Source: Vulcanimicrobiota bacterium (GTDB lineage: Bacteria; Vulcanimicrobiota; Vulcanimicrobiia; Vulcanimicrobiales; Vulcanimicrobiaceae). From it: a stretch of DNA of 64,000 bases. The number at the start of each line of letters is the position of its first letter. Position 1 is the first letter of the stretch. A model generated the notes under the pieces. The model ran no database searches. It was not told the DNA's origin and saw nothing but the letters and a program-made list of their open reading frames with translations. Of this stretch, positions 1-11,128 are shown in pieces. Position numbers and translations under genes: made by a program. The DNA is taken from positions 89,969 through 153,968 of the forward strand of contig CAVRQT010000001.1 of assembly GCA_963723515.1 (NCBI GenBank), read 5' to 3'.

Positions 1-1
1 T

Positions 2-1813
2 CAAGCGCCTCTGCGTGACATGCAGTTTGCGTTGCGCGAGCTTGCCGGTCTCGATCAGATCGTTGCGCTGCCGGAGTTTGAAGACAGTGGCGACGTCGTT
101 GATGCGATCCTCGAGGAGGCGGCGACCTTTGCGAGCGAGGTGCTCGATCCGCTCAACCAATCCGGCGATAAGGAAGGGTGCACGTGGAACGCCGGTGAGG
201 TAACGACCCCCAGCGGCTTCAAAGATGCGTATGCGCGCTTCGCTCAATCGGGTTGGATTGGACTGCCCGTCCCATCCGAATACGGCGGACAAGGTTTACC
301 GCAGTTGCTGCTCGGTCCGACGCTCGAGATGTGGAACGCCGCCAACGTCGGCTTCGCGAACGGACCGCTGCTCAATCAAGGCGCGATCGAAGCGATCGAG
401 TTGGCCGGCTCCTCGCAACAGAAGGAACGCTACATTCCGAAGCTTGTTTCGGGCGCATGGATGGGCACGATGTGTTTAACGGAGCCGCAAGCCGGGTCTG
501 ATTTGGCCGCGGTGCGCACCAAAGCGGTTCCGCAAAACGACCACTATCTGATCAGTGGTCAGAAGATCTTCATCACCTTCGGCGAGCACGACCTGGCGGA
601 GAACATCGTGCATTTGGTGCTCGCGCGCCTGCCCGACGCGCCGGAAGGCACAAAGGGCATCTCGATGTTCATCGTCCCGAAATACGTCCCGAACGCCGAT
701 GGTTCGCTTGGAGAGCGCAACGACGTCTATTGCGCCGGCATCGAGCATAAGATGGGACTCAACGCGAATCCGACGTGCACGCTCAACTACGGGGAGCGCA
801 AGGGCGGCGCCGTCGGCTATCTTGTCGGCGAGCCTAATCGCGGGCTGGAGTACATGTTCGTCATGATGAACGCGGCACGTTTTTCGGTCGGCGTTCAAGG
901 CTACGCGATCGCGGACCGAGCGTACCAGCGCGCGCTCGAGTATGCCAAAGAACGCGTGCAAAGCCGCGACGTCGCATCAAGCAGTTATCAGGCGGTTCGC
1001 ATTATCGAACATCCGGACGTGCGTCGAATGTTGATGACGATGAAAGCCCAAGTTGAGGCGATGCGCGCGCTCTCATACGTCGCAGCGGCGGCGCTCGATC
1101 TTTCGAACCGTCACCCCGACGCAGCGGTGCGCAAAGAGCGTAAAGCGTTCGTCGAGTTGATGATTCCGGTCGTCAAAGGTTGGTGCACGGAAACGGCCCA
1201 AGAAGTCACCTCAACGGCTCTGCAAGTTTTCGGCGGCATGGGCTACATCGAAGAGACGGGTGTCGCGCAGCAGTATCGTGACGTTCGGATCACAACAATC
1301 TATGAAGGCACGACGGGCATTCAGGCGCTCGATCTGGTCGGCAGAAAATTGCTCCGCGACATGGGTGGAACGGCGACCGCGGTCATCGCAGAGATGAAGG
1401 CCTTCGCCGAAGCGCTCGATGGCACGCACGACGCGGATCTCAAAGCGATTGCAACGTCCGTTCGCAACGGTGTCGGCATTTTGGCGGAAGTTTCGCAATG
1501 GATCGGCATGAATGCGATGGGGGATTTGCGCAAAGCCTTCGCCTGCTCCGTGCCCTATCTGCGGCTTTGGGGAATCGTGGCCGGGGGCTGGCAGATGGCG
1601 CGCGCGGCTCAGATTGCACGATCAAAGATCGATGCGAACGATCCGGAGAGCGATTTTTATCGCGCGAAGCTGACGACCGCACGTTTTTACGCCGACCACA
1701 TCTTAACGCAAGCCGCTTCTTTGCGTGCGCAAATCGTCGACGGCTCAGCGGACGTCATGGCGATGCCTGAAGCGCACTTCGACCTGGATCGTACGACGGC
1801 CGCGCTCGTCTAA
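2..1813 (+). CDS. acyl-CoA dehydrogenase (long, ~600 aa type); 5' end probably outside the window
   Basis: Motifs MCLTEPQAGSDL, GQKIFIT, EHKMG, FGGMGYIEE and TIYEGTTGIQALD. The frame is open from nt 2 (QAPLRDMQF), which matches the usual N-terminus of this family. Confidence 0.93.
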   Translation, partial: QAPLRDMQFALRELAGLDQIVALPEFEDSGDVVDAILEEAATFASEVLDPLNQSGDKEGCTWNAGEVTTPSGFKDAYARFAQSGWIGLPVPSEYGGQGLPQLLLGPTLEMWNAANVGFANGPLLNQGAIEAIELAGSSQQKERYIPKLVSGAWMGTMCLTEPQAGSDLAAVRTKAVPQNDHYLISGQKIFITFGEHDLAENIVHLVLARLPDAPEGTKGISMFIVPKYVPNADGSLGERNDVYCAGIEHKMGLNANPTCTLNYGERKGGAVGYLVGEPNRGLEYMFVMMNAARFSVGVQGYAIADRAYQRALEYAKERVQSRDVASSSYQAVRIIEHPDVRRMLMTMKAQVEAMRALSYVAAAALDLSNRHPDAAVRKERKAFVELMIPVVKGWCTETAQEVTSTALQVFGGMGYIEETGVAQQYRDVRITTIYEGTTGIQALDLVGRKLLRDMGGTATAVIAEMKAFAEALDGTHDADLKAIATSVRNGVGILAEVSQWIGMNAMGDLRKAFACSVPYLRLWGIVAGGWQMARAAQIARSKIDANDPESDFYRAKLTTARFYADHILTQAASLRAQIVDGSADVMAMPEAHFDLDRTTAALV

Positions 1814-1824
1814 GCCAAGGTAAC

Positions 1825-3999
1825 GTGCCCAAAATAGCGACTCGCGACCACGACGGCGTTCGAGTGCTGACACTCGACAATCCGCCGGTCAATGCATTGT
1901 CGTTTGCATTCTCAGCGATGTTGCTCGATGCGGTGAAGGCGGCCGAAGAGGATACGGCCGTTCGCGCCGTCGTCTTTGCCGGCGCAAATGGAATGTTTAG
2001 CGGCGGCGCGGACGTCAACGATTTCAACGCTCCGATCACGCCTGAGACGACTACGGTCCGGGATGTTATTGCGGCGATCGAGCTCGGACGAAAAACCTAC
2101 ATTGCTGCGATTGAAGGCACTGCTCTCGGCGGCGCGCTGGAAGTCGCGCTCGCCTGCGATTACCGGATCGCCGCACAGAATGCGAAGCTTGGCTTGCCGG
2201 AGATAAAACTTGGATTGATTCCGGGCGCAGGCGGAACGCAGCGCTTGCCGCGCTTGATCGGCGCACAACCCGCATTGCAGATGATGCTCAAAGGCGAGCG
2301 CGTCGATGCGGATGAGGCCCTGAGGCGCGGAATCCTCGATGAAGTCGTTGCGCAAGACGTTGTCGATGCCGGAAGTGCGCTAGCGCGCCGCAATGTCGAT
2401 GCGCATGCGCACGCAAAGCGACGCATCTCAGAGCTTCCCTCGGCGTTGCTCGGGACAGGCTCCGTTGAAATCGGCGCCGGCCCTTCGACATCGCTCAGGA
2501 CAAGCGTCGCGGCCTTCGCATTGCCGTTCGTCGTCGCCGAGGCGCATAAGATGCTGCCGTCCGAAGAGCGTGGCGGTTTTGCGGCTCACAAACTCGTGGA
2601 TGCGGTTCAGGCGTCGTTCGAGTTGCCGTTCCCGCGCGGCCTCGCGCGCGAGTTTCGGCTGTTCGAAGAATGCGCGCGCTCGCCGCAGTCGTTCGCACTG
2701 CGCCACCTTTTCTTCGCAGAACGGGAGCTTTCGAAGATCCCAGATTTAGAACCGGCGGAGGCTTTGCAAATCAAGACCGCCGGTGTCCTCGGTGGCGGCA
2801 CGATGGGAACCGGAATTGCAATCACCTTTGCTAATGCCGGCATTCCGGTTACGGTCGTTGAGCCTGCCGAAGAACAGATCGCGCGCGCCAAGCAGATGAT
2901 CTTCGGGATGTTCATGCATCAAGTGCAGCGCGGCCGGCTGACGCAAGAGGAGGCGTGGAATCGAGGCCGGACGATCGTCTTTACCGGCGATCGTGCCGCT
3001 TTGCGCGAATGCGACCTCGTGATCGAGGCCGTCTTTGAAAATCTCGACCTCAAGAAGCACGTCTTTGCGGAACTCGACGGCCTGCTTGAGCCCAATGCAA
3101 TCCTCGCAACGAACACGTCGACGCTAGACATTGACGCGATGGCGGCCGTCACGAAGCGTCCGGATCGATTCTTGGGACTGCATTTCTTTGCGCCGGCGAA
3201 TATCATGAAGCTGCTGGAAATCGTCCGTGGGGGCGCGACCTCGGCGCAGACGTTGACGACCGCATTGAAATTGAGCAAGACACTGCGCAAGATCGGCGTC
3301 GTCTCGGCGAACGCCTTCGGTTTCATCGGCAATCGAATGCTCTTCGATTACGCGCGCGAGGCGGTGCGGCTCGCGGAAGAAGGCGTCGCACCGTATCGCG
3401 TGGATGCGGTCATCAGGGATTTCGGCTTTGCGATGGGACCCTTCGCGATGTTCGACCTCTCCGGAATCGACGTTTTCCGGTACATACAACAGGCGTCGGG
3501 GCAACAGTTGGGGCGAACGGCGATTGTCGACCGGCTTTACGACGAAAAGCGGCTCGGTCAAAAAGCTGGACGCGGGTTCTATAAGTACGCGGCAGGCAGC
3601 CGCGATCCGGAACGGGATGACGACGTGGAGCGCATCTTCTCTGAGGAGGCACGCGCACTGGGCATTGCGGTGCGCGATCCGAGCGACGAAGAGATCACCA
3701 AGCGTTTGGTGTACGCGCTAATCAATCGCGGCGCCGAGTTGCTGCGCGAGGGAGTCGCGCTGCGACCTGGCGACATCGACATCGTGTACATCTATGGTTA
3801 CGGCTTTCCGCCACATCACGGTGGCCCGATGTGGTACGCGGATGAAGTCGGCGTGCGCGACGTCTATGATGATGTCGTGCGTTTCGAACGTGACTTCGGA
3901 GAGCATTGGGCGCCTTCGCCGCTCTTGGCCGAGATCGCGCAATCGGGCGGCACGCTTGATACCCACGCGCCCACACGCAGAGAGCTTGCCCATGCGTGA
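1825..3999 (+). CDS. bifunctional enoyl-CoA hydratase / 3-hydroxyacyl-CoA dehydrogenase (FadB/FadJ/PimF-like)
   Basis: Crotonase motifs ([39 protein letters not shown]) followed by the Rossmann [28 protein letters not shown] and GFIGNRM. Confidence 0.93.
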   Translation: MPKIATRDHDGVRVLTLDNPPVNALSFAFSAMLLDAVKAAEEDTAVRAVVFAGANGMFSGGADVNDFNAPITPETTTVRDVIAAIELGRKTYIAAIEGTALGGALEVALACDYRIAAQNAKLGLPEIKLGLIPGAGGTQRLPRLIGAQPALQMMLKGERVDADEALRRGILDEVVAQDVVDAGSALARRNVDAHAHAKRRISELPSALLGTGSVEIGAGPSTSLRTSVAAFALPFVVAEAHKMLPSEERGGFAAHKLVDAVQASFELPFPRGLAREFRLFEECARSPQSFALRHLFFAERELSKIPDLEPAEALQIKTAGVLGGGTMGTGIAITFANAGIPVTVVEPAEEQIARAKQMIFGMFMHQVQRGRLTQEEAWNRGRTIVFTGDRAALRECDLVIEAVFENLDLKKHVFAELDGLLEPNAILATNTSTLDIDAMAAVTKRPDRFLGLHFFAPANIMKLLEIVRGGATSAQTLTTALKLSKTLRKIGVVSANAFGFIGNRMLFDYAREAVRLAEEGVAPYRVDAVIRDFGFAMGPFAMFDLSGIDVFRYIQQASGQQLGRTAIVDRLYDEKRLGQKAGRGFYKYAAGSRDPERDDDVERIFSEEARALGIAVRDPSDEEITKRLVYALINRGAELLREGVALRPGDIDIVYIYGYGFPPHHGGPMWYADEVGVRDVYDDVVRFERDFGEHWAPSPLLAEIAQSGGTLDTHAPTRRELAHA
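2437..2505 (+). repeat. two 24-nt REP-like units in frame within the FadB/J gene
   Basis: 2437-2460 CCCTCGGCGTTGCTCGGGACAGGC (PSALLGTG) and 2482-2505 CCTTCGACATCGCTCAGGACAAGC (PSTSLRTS) are 18/24 identical. Both resemble the reverse complement of the extragenic repeat at 21837-21860. Confidence 0.75.
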
Positions 4000-5209
4000 G
4001 GCCGCGGTCGTCGCCGTCGCTCGCACGCCGATCGGACGCGCGTTTCGCGGCGCATTCAATCAAACGCACGGTGCGACGCTGGCGGGACATGTCATTAAAG
4101 CGGCGCTCGAACGCGCAAACCTGGACGGAGAAGAAGTCGAAGACGTCATTCTCGGATGTGGTCTGCCTGAAGGCGCGACCGGAAATAATTTAGGCCGCGT
4201 TGCCGCACTGCGCGCCGGTCTTCCCGTAACCGTTCCCGGCACGACGATCAATCGCTACTGTGCATCCGGCCTGCAAGCGATCTCAGTAGCTGCGCAGCGA
4301 ATCATCGTTGACGGGATGCGCGTCGCGGTTGCGGGAGGTTGCGAATCGATCAGCATGGTGCAGAACGTCATGAACCTGCACGGCTTCACCGAAGAGTGGA
4401 TGCTGCGCCACCAAGCCGACATCTATATGCCGATGCTGCAGACGGCCGACGTCGTGGCGAAGAAATACGGTATCTCACGTGAAGCGCAAGATCGATACGC
4501 CCTGCAGAGTCAACAGCGAACGGCCGCGGCGCAAGTCGCCGGCAAATTCGATGATGAAACCGTGCCGCTGCAGACTTGGAAGTATCTCGAGGACAAGGAG
4601 AGCGGTACGATCAGTGAAGAGCAGGTCATGCTCTCAAAAGATGAAGGCAACCGCCCAGATACAACGCTCGAAGGCCTCTCCAAGCTCAAGGGTGTGCTCG
4701 ATCCGAACTCGACCATCACGGCCGGCAATTCATCCCAACTTTCCGATGGTGCAGCAGCGGTGGTCCTAATGGAGAGCGAGACCGCACGCACCCGCGGCCT
4801 AACGCCGCTTGGTTTCTATCGCGGGATGGTTGTACGGGGCTGTGAGCCCGGCGAGATGGGCATTGCGCCCGTTTTCGCGGTGCCGCAACTCTTGCAGCAG
4901 CATGCTCTCACGCTCGATGACATCGGTTTGTGGGAGCTCAATGAGGCGTTTGCCGTGCAGACGCTGTACTGTCGGGATCGGCTCAATATTCCGAATGAGA
5001 TTTTCAACGTTGACGGCGGCGCGATCTCGATCGGCCATCCGTACGGCATGAGCGGCGCGCGTATGACCATGCATGCCCTGATCGAAGGGGCGCGTCGCAA
5101 CGCAAAACATGTCATCGTGACGATGTGCATCGGCGGCGGAATGGGCGCCGCAGGCCTCTTTGAGGTGTATCGAAACGAAAAGAGCAAAAGAAGTCAAAGT
5201 GAAAAATAA
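3992..5209 (+). CDS. acetyl-CoA C-acyltransferase (thiolase)
   Basis: Motifs [16 protein letters not shown] (catalytic Cys), [19 protein letters not shown] and MCIGGGMG. The ATG at 3992 overlaps the upstream gene end. Confidence 0.95.
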   Translation: MREAAVVAVARTPIGRAFRGAFNQTHGATLAGHVIKAALERANLDGEEVEDVILGCGLPEGATGNNLGRVAALRAGLPVTVPGTTINRYCASGLQAISVAAQRIIVDGMRVAVAGGCESISMVQNVMNLHGFTEEWMLRHQADIYMPMLQTADVVAKKYGISREAQDRYALQSQQRTAAAQVAGKFDDETVPLQTWKYLEDKESGTISEEQVMLSKDEGNRPDTTLEGLSKLKGVLDPNSTITAGNSSQLSDGAAAVVLMESETARTRGLTPLGFYRGMVVRGCEPGEMGIAPVFAVPQLLQQHALTLDDIGLWELNEAFAVQTLYCRDRLNIPNEIFNVDGGAISIGHPYGMSGARMTMHALIEGARRNAKHVIVTMCIGGGMGAAGLFEVYRNEKSKRSQSEK

Positions 5210-6640
5210 ATGACGATACACAAATTCTTGGCTGACGGTGCCAAAACGCGCACGGAAACCGACTCGATGGGCAAGATCGAGGTGCCCGCGGACAAATATT
5301 ATGGCGCGCAAGCTGCCCGCTCGCTGATTCACTTCAACATCGGAGACGGAGCGACAGCGCGCGACGTCATGCCGCTGCAAGTCATCAGGGCGATGGGCGT
5401 GCTCAAGAAAGCCTGTGCGCTCGTGAACAATGAACTCGGAAAGCTCGATCGGGAGAAGACGGACCTCATTGTGGCGGCGGCCGATGAAGTGATCGCCGGA
5501 AAATTGGATGCGCATTTTCCGTTGCGCGTTTGGCAAACCGGTTCGGGCACGCAGACGAACATGAACGTCAACGAAGTGATCTCGAACCGTGCGATTGAGA
5601 TGGCGGGCGGAGAAATGGGTTCTAAACGCCCCATCCATCCGAACGACGACGTCAACATGTCGCAGTCTTCGAACGACACCTTTCCGACCGCGATGCACAT
5701 GGCGGCGTCGCAAGCCGTCGTCGAGATGCTTCCAGCGGTCGAGCAGCTGCGCGACGCTCTCGATGCGAAGGCGAAGCAGTGGCAACACATCGTCAAGGTC
5801 GGGCGAACGCATCTGCAAGACGCAACGCCGCTGACGCTCGGACAAGAATTCTCCGGCTACGTGACGCAACTCGACCGGGCAATCGACAGCTGCCGTGTCG
5901 CGCTCGACCGCCTCTACGATCTCGCGATCGGCGGCACGGCCGTCGGCACGGGTCTCAATGCGCATCCTGAGTTTGGCGAACGCGTTTCCAAACGCATCGC
6001 CGAGTTGACGGGCTTACCGTTCCGCTCCCATCCGAATAAATTTACTGCGCTCGCATCGCACGATGATTTCGTCTTCGCTTCGGGGGGCTTAAAGATGCTC
6101 GGCGCTGCTCTGATGAAGATTGCCAACGACATTCGGTGGCTTGGCTCCGGGCCACGCGCCGGCATCGGTGAGCTCATTCTGCCGGAGAACGAACCGGGCA
6201 GCTCGATCATGCCGGGCAAAGTTAATCCGACGCAGTCCGAGGCGATGACGATGGTCGTCGTTCAGGTATACGGCAACGATCTGGCAATCAGTTTCGGCGC
6301 GTCGCAAGGCAATTTCGAACTGAACGTCTTCAATCCGGTGATGATCTACAATTTTTTGCACTCGACGACGCTCTTGCGCGATGCGTGCACGATGTTTCGA
6401 GAGCACATGATCGAAGGGCTAAAGCCCAACGAAGGCGCGATTGCCAAATATGTGGACGACTCGCTGATGGTCGTTACGGCGCTCTCGCCGCACATTGGCT
6501 ACGACAAGTCGGCAGAGATCGCGAAGAAAGCGCACAAGGACAAAAGCACGCTCAAGGATGCGGCTCTCGCGCTCGGCTATGTCAATGCGGAGGAATTCGA
6601 TCGCTACGTCGTCCCGAGGGAGATGACGAAGCCAAAGTAA
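5210..6640 (+). CDS. fumC: class II fumarate hydratase
   Basis: Motifs [55 protein letters not shown] and the signature [15 protein letters not shown]. Confidence 0.96.
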   Translation: MTIHKFLADGAKTRTETDSMGKIEVPADKYYGAQAARSLIHFNIGDGATARDVMPLQVIRAMGVLKKACALVNNELGKLDREKTDLIVAAADEVIAGKLDAHFPLRVWQTGSGTQTNMNVNEVISNRAIEMAGGEMGSKRPIHPNDDVNMSQSSNDTFPTAMHMAASQAVVEMLPAVEQLRDALDAKAKQWQHIVKVGRTHLQDATPLTLGQEFSGYVTQLDRAIDSCRVALDRLYDLAIGGTAVGTGLNAHPEFGERVSKRIAELTGLPFRSHPNKFTALASHDDFVFASGGLKMLGAALMKIANDIRWLGSGPRAGIGELILPENEPGSSIMPGKVNPTQSEAMTMVVVQVYGNDLAISFGASQGNFELNVFNPVMIYNFLHSTTLLRDACTMFREHMIEGLKPNEGAIAKYVDDSLMVVTALSPHIGYDKSAEIAKKAHKDKSTLKDAALALGYVNAEEFDRYVVPREMTKPK

Positions 6641-6668
6641 TCGTTGCGTTCGGCCGCGCGGTGTCGCG

Positions 6669-6677
6669 TGGTATACT
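6669..6677 (+). promoter_or_regulatory. putative extended -10 promoter element for the first crp-like gene
   Basis: TGGTATACT (TGnTAnnnT) about 60 nt upstream of the ATG at 6738. Confidence 0.35.
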
Positions 6678-6737
6678 AAACCAGCTCGGACGAATCTTAT
6701 TTCGCTTCGGCCATGCTACTTTTGGAGCTCTACGCAC

Positions 6738-7505
6738 ATGCAAGTAAATCATCAGCATCGCCCTGCCCACTACAACCGCCTTCTGCAGACGCTGCCGGCA
6801 GGTGAATTGTCAACGGTGATGCCCGACCTGCAATTTACGCGGTGGGCTCTCAACGAAACGATCTATGACGCCGATGTGCCGTTGCGCGACGTCTACTTTC
6901 CGCTCACGTGCGTCTCATCAAATATCGTGCTCATGGAAAGTGGCTCTGCAGTTGAGACGAGCACAATTGGACGCGAGGGAATGGTCGGTTCGCACGCCGC
7001 TCTGGGCTCGGACCCCTTTGGGACAAAGGTGATCTGTCAGGTTCCGGGCGAGGTCGCACGCATGAGCGTGGACGACTTCAAACGGCACCGCCGCACGCTG
7101 CCCTCGTTCGAGGACCTCACAAAGCGCTTTAATATTTTCCTTTTGAATGTGATCTCACAGACCGCGGCCTGCAATCGTCTGCATCAGGTGAACGAACGGC
7201 TTGCGCGCTGGCTGCTGATGACGCACGATCGCATTTTGGGCGACGACCTCCCGTTGACGCAAGAACTTCTCTCAATCATGCTTGGCGTGCATCGCCCGGC
7301 GGTAACGATTGCCGCGGGCACCTTACAGGACGCCGGCCTCATCAGTCTTGGTCGCGGAATGATCACAATTCAAAATCGGCCGGGGCTGGAGAAAGCGTCA
7401 TGCGAGTGCTATCACGTCGTCGCGAAAGAGCTGGACCGCTTCTTCCCCGACGGTATGGTGCGAAGTTTTAGCCGGGACGGGTCCGATGGTAAAGCAGCAG
7501 TCTGA
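6738..7505 (+). CDS. Crp/Fnr family transcriptional regulator
   Basis: cNMP-like domain (VYFP...IGREGMVG), ACNRLH...RLARWLLMTHD, HTH LTQELLSIMLGVHRPAVT, C-terminal SCECY. Confidence 0.92.
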   Translation: MQVNHQHRPAHYNRLLQTLPAGELSTVMPDLQFTRWALNETIYDADVPLRDVYFPLTCVSSNIVLMESGSAVETSTIGREGMVGSHAALGSDPFGTKVICQVPGEVARMSVDDFKRHRRTLPSFEDLTKRFNIFLLNVISQTAACNRLHQVNERLARWLLMTHDRILGDDLPLTQELLSIMLGVHRPAVTIAAGTLQDAGLISLGRGMITIQNRPGLEKASCECYHVVAKELDRFFPDGMVRSFSRDGSDGKAAV

Positions 7506-7530
7506 CGCGACTTCTCTGCCGCGACAATAG

Positions 7531-7782
7531 TTACTTAACTTTTGCAAGGCGAACGCCGTAATAGTTCGCCGCCTTTTGAATGTTCGCGAGCGCCACGTCG
7601 CGCTCGCGCCTTGAGACGCCTTCGACCTGATCGAACCGCGCGATCGCGCTGCGGACGTGTGCCGCATCCGTCAGCGGTTCTTTGCGTTCTTTAGGAAATG
7701 CGAAGACGCTATTTGGCAGTGCATCACGCGAAGGCAGCTTGCCGGCGGCGTCATATGGCTTCCACGTCGGTCGAATTGTCAT
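7531..7782 (-). CDS. small conserved protein, DUF6582-like
   Basis: LPNSVFAFPKERKEPLTDAAHVRSAIARFDQVEGVS...ANIQKAANYYGV matches a conserved small-protein family from recall. Start taken as the ATG at 7782. Confidence 0.7.
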   Translation of the reverse strand: MTIRPTWKPYDAAGKLPSRDALPNSVFAFPKERKEPLTDAAHVRSAIARFDQVEGVSRRERDVALANIQKAANYYGVRLAKVK

Positions 7783-7924
7783 CGTAAAGGTCGGCAGATG
7801 TGTTAGTGCCCGCCTAGCCTTGCGAGAGTGACCAATGTTCGCTAGCGTACATTGCTCTGTCATGTAGCAGACAGTAGAGCGTATGCTTGCATGTTCAAAG
7901 AGCAAGACATTGAACTACTGGACG

Positions 7925-8690
7925 ATGGAGCTGCGCGATCGTGCTTTCGACAATCGAATGTTGCGCATGCTTCCGCGTGCTGAATTCACGCAATTAATCT
8001 CCGACATGCACTTCCTCCATTGGGACCTCAACGACACGATCTATGATGTAGATGCGCCGTTCGACCACATCTATTTTCCGCTGAGCGCGGTCACTTCCAA
8101 TATCGTGATGATGGAAAATGGCGGCGCCGTCGAGACCAGCACGGTCGGACGGGAGGGAGTCGTCGGCGGCCTTGCTGCGCTTGGCTCGGATCGTTCCGCC
8201 ATAAAAGTGATCTGTCAGATTCCCGGCGATGCCGCTCGTCTCGGGTTAGACGACTTCAAGAAACATTTTGAAGCGCTGCCGCAATTTCAAGAATTGATCA
8301 CGCGTTTTAACGCCTTACTACTCAATACGATTTCGCAAACCGCGGCATGCAACCGGCTGCATCACTTGAACGAGCGCCTCGCGCGCTGGCTGCTGATGAC
8401 GCACGACCGCGTCTCGGGCGACACACTGTCCTTAACGCAAGACTTTCTCGCCGCCATGCTGGGCGTGAACCGGCCCTTCGGTGACGATTGCGGCCCGCGC
8501 GTTGCAGGAGGCCGGCTTGATCACCTACCGTCGGCGCATGATCACGGTCAAGAATCGCGCCGGACTCGAGGAAGCTTCCTGCACATGCTACGAGGTCGTT
8601 GCACGAGAATTGGAACGGCTGATCCCGGACGGCGCAGTGCACGGCTCATCGGATCGGGTCGCCAAGGAAATATCGGCTAAATCCCTGTAG
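7925..8690 (+). CDS. Crp/Fnr family transcriptional regulator (paralog 2; 1-nt indel near 8478)
   Basis: Closely similar to 6738-7505 (TIYD..VETST.GREG, QTAACNRLH, RLARWLLMTHDR). The C-terminus (TIAARALQEAGLI...SCTCY) continues in ORF 8481-8690. Confidence 0.88.
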
Positions 8691-8756
8691 CCACTGAAAC
8701 CCACGGGCTTGCGGCCCGTATAGCGTAAGAAGTACTGGTAACTGGCGATCGACGAG

Positions 8757-10487
8757 GTGAGCATGCTTCTTCGGGCTTTTGTTTTTCTTTGTGTATGCGT
8801 CTCGAGCGCGACGTTGGCAATTTCCGCTGCCCCTGCCCATCCCGCAGGCGCGCAATTGCAGGCGCTCTACACCCAAGGCATCTTGCGCGAGCTCAAGAGC
8901 GTGCCCGAGCTTGCCACGTTTTTGGGCGATTATCGCTACGACGCCTATTGGAGCAAGCCGGGCATGGCCGGCATCCGCCAAGGACAGGCGATGATGCGCG
9001 ATTTCGCAGCGCGACTCAATCGCATCGATATGTCGCACGCGACGCTTCACGAACGTAACGACATGCGGCTGGCACGCGCCTTTGTCATCGCCCAGAAGCG
9101 CCAAGTTGCTGAAGCCGTAGAGGGTAAAGATCCGGGCGGTCCGCCGCTGCAAGTTGTCGGCATCTTCTTTACGATGCTCATGCACAAGGACGAGCAGAAC
9201 CCCAACGTTTGGTGGGACCATGTGATCTCACGCATGGAGAAGGCGCCGGTGTGGCTTGCCGCATCGAAGCCGCTGATTACCCACCCCGGCAAATTGCAGG
9301 CCGAAGTCGCGCAAGAAGAGCTTGCGCAAGCGCCGGCCCTCTTCACATATGTCCTGACGCCGATTGCGAGCAAGGAGCTCTCAAAAGAGAAGCTGGCGCG
9401 TTTCACCAAAGCGCGCGACGCGCTTGTCACGTCATTGACTGCGTGGAACAAATGGCTCGCGGATAATGCATCGAGCTGGCCGGAAAATTTCGCAATGGGA
9501 CGCGCCGCGTACAACAACATGCTGCGCGACGAGTTGCTCTTGCCCTACGATGCGGACGCGATCGTCCGAATCGGTCAGACGACTCTTGATGCAGCGATCG
9601 CCGACCAGACTGCAATTCTCGCCGAAGCAAAAGCTCGAGGGATCGATCTCACGAATGCTCGGCAAGCCGCGGCAGTCGGCGGTGGGCCGACGCCCACGAG
9701 CAAAGATGCGCAGTTTGCCTTCTTTCAAGCGCAACTCGATACGCTCCAGAACTTCATCCGCGACAAACATTTGGTCACGATTCCTGCGTATATGGGGCGA
9801 ATGAAGATCGAGACGACGCCGCAGTTTTTGCAACCGGTGTTGCCCGGTCCGTCGATGAATTCGCCGCCGCTTCTCTCCAAAGAACGCGATGGCGTCTACT
9901 TCGTTCCGCCGCCGAATCCGCAGATGGCAACCAATCCAAAATTCTTCGAAGATTTCGACCGTGATCGCGTGCTGATGACCAGCGGCCACGAAGGGTTTCC
10001 CGGCCACTTTTTGCAGCTTTCGATTGCGAAACATAATCCTGACGCGGTACGCAAGTTCAGTTTCGATAGCGTCTTTGCCGAAGGGTGGGCATTTTACGAA
10101 GAGTCGCTCCTTCGCCAGATGGGACTCTACGACGACGATCTTGATGGACGGTATGCGGTCGCGCAATTCGAGCGGTTGCGCGGCGCACGCGCAATTGTGG
10201 ACGCAAAGCTTGCAACAGGCGAATGGCCATTCGCGCAAGCGCTGCAGTGGTTCCAGCAGAATGCCGGCGTTGATGCGCAAACGGCGCGCGGCGAGGTGAG
10301 CCGCCATGCGCTTGGACCGGGACAGGCATTCGATTATGCCGTCGGCCGTGCGCAGATCCTCGATTTACTCGCGAAGTACAAAGTGAAGAAAGGCGCCGCC
10401 TTCTCACTGCAGGCATTTCACGACGATCTGCTCTCGCACGGCACCGTGCCGGTAGTCATCGTTGCCAGCGAAATGCTCGCCGAGTAA
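8757..10487 (+). CDS. DUF885 family secreted protein (putative metallopeptidase)
   Basis: Signal peptide, HEGFPGHFLQ, FAEGWAFYEE, RGARAIVD, PGQAFDYAVG and FHDDLLSHG, all DUF885 hallmarks. Confidence 0.88.
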   Translation: MSMLLRAFVFLCVCVSSATLAISAAPAHPAGAQLQALYTQGILRELKSVPELATFLGDYRYDAYWSKPGMAGIRQGQAMMRDFAARLNRIDMSHATLHERNDMRLARAFVIAQKRQVAEAVEGKDPGGPPLQVVGIFFTMLMHKDEQNPNVWWDHVISRMEKAPVWLAASKPLITHPGKLQAEVAQEELAQAPALFTYVLTPIASKELSKEKLARFTKARDALVTSLTAWNKWLADNASSWPENFAMGRAAYNNMLRDELLLPYDADAIVRIGQTTLDAAIADQTAILAEAKARGIDLTNARQAAAVGGGPTPTSKDAQFAFFQAQLDTLQNFIRDKHLVTIPAYMGRMKIETTPQFLQPVLPGPSMNSPPLLSKERDGVYFVPPPNPQMATNPKFFEDFDRDRVLMTSGHEGFPGHFLQLSIAKHNPDAVRKFSFDSVFAEGWAFYEESLLRQMGLYDDDLDGRYAVAQFERLRGARAIVDAKLATGEWPFAQALQWFQQNAGVDAQTARGEVSRHALGPGQAFDYAVGRAQILDLLAKYKVKKGAAFSLQAFHDDLLSHGTVPVVIVASEMLAE

Positions 10488-10492
10488 GGCTA

Positions 10493-11119
10493 CTACGGGT
10501 TTACGTTCGGTTTGGCAACGATCGTTTTCTTACCGCGCTCGGGTTCGCCGGCAACGAGGTAGAAAACCGCCGACAAGAAGTACAGCGCGATACTGAGGCG
10601 CGGTACAAGCGGAGCGATTGCGACGGCGATCAGGTAAAACACGATACCGATGCCGTAACGCAGCGATGCCTGCTTGACGTTTTGGGGCGAGATCAGCGCC
10701 GTATTTAAGTAACCGTAGCGCACGACGTACCACCAAGTATAGTTGGCATAGATGGCGATCACGAGCAGCGTGATGCCGTAGAAAGTCACGGCCGAGGCCA
10801 TATCTCCGTACGCCGTGATGATTGCGGTAGGAAACGGAATGAACGAAATCATCAGCAAGAGGATCAGGTTGCGCCAGACGATCGGACGGTCGACCCGCGC
10901 AAGATACTCAAAGACGGAGTGGTGGTTCAGCCAGTAAATGCCGATCACCAAAAAACTCGTGACATACGCTAAGAATTGCGGCCACAAAATGAAGAGTGCG
11001 TGCCAAAATGCCCCCGGGGTGTGGCTTCTCAAGAGCGGGACACGGATTTCGAGAACGAGCACGGTCGCCGCGATAGCGAAGACCGCATCACTATACGATT
11101 CGATCCGTGAAAGCTTCAA
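10493..11119 (-). CDS. TMEM175/DUF1211 family potassium channel-like membrane protein
   Basis: RIESYSDAVFAIAATVLVLEI, SFLVIGIYWLNHH, PFPT; about 6 TM helices. Confidence 0.88.
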   Translation of the reverse strand: MKLSRIESYSDAVFAIAATVLVLEIRVPLLRSHTPGAFWHALFILWPQFLAYVTSFLVIGIYWLNHHSVFEYLARVDRPIVWRNLILLLMISFIPFPTAIITAYGDMASAVTFYGITLLVIAIYANYTWWYVVRYGYLNTALISPQNVKQASLRYGIGIVFYLIAVAIAPLVPRLSIALYFLSAVFYLVAGEPERGKKTIVAKPNVNP

Positions 11120-11128
11120 GGCGTGCTC

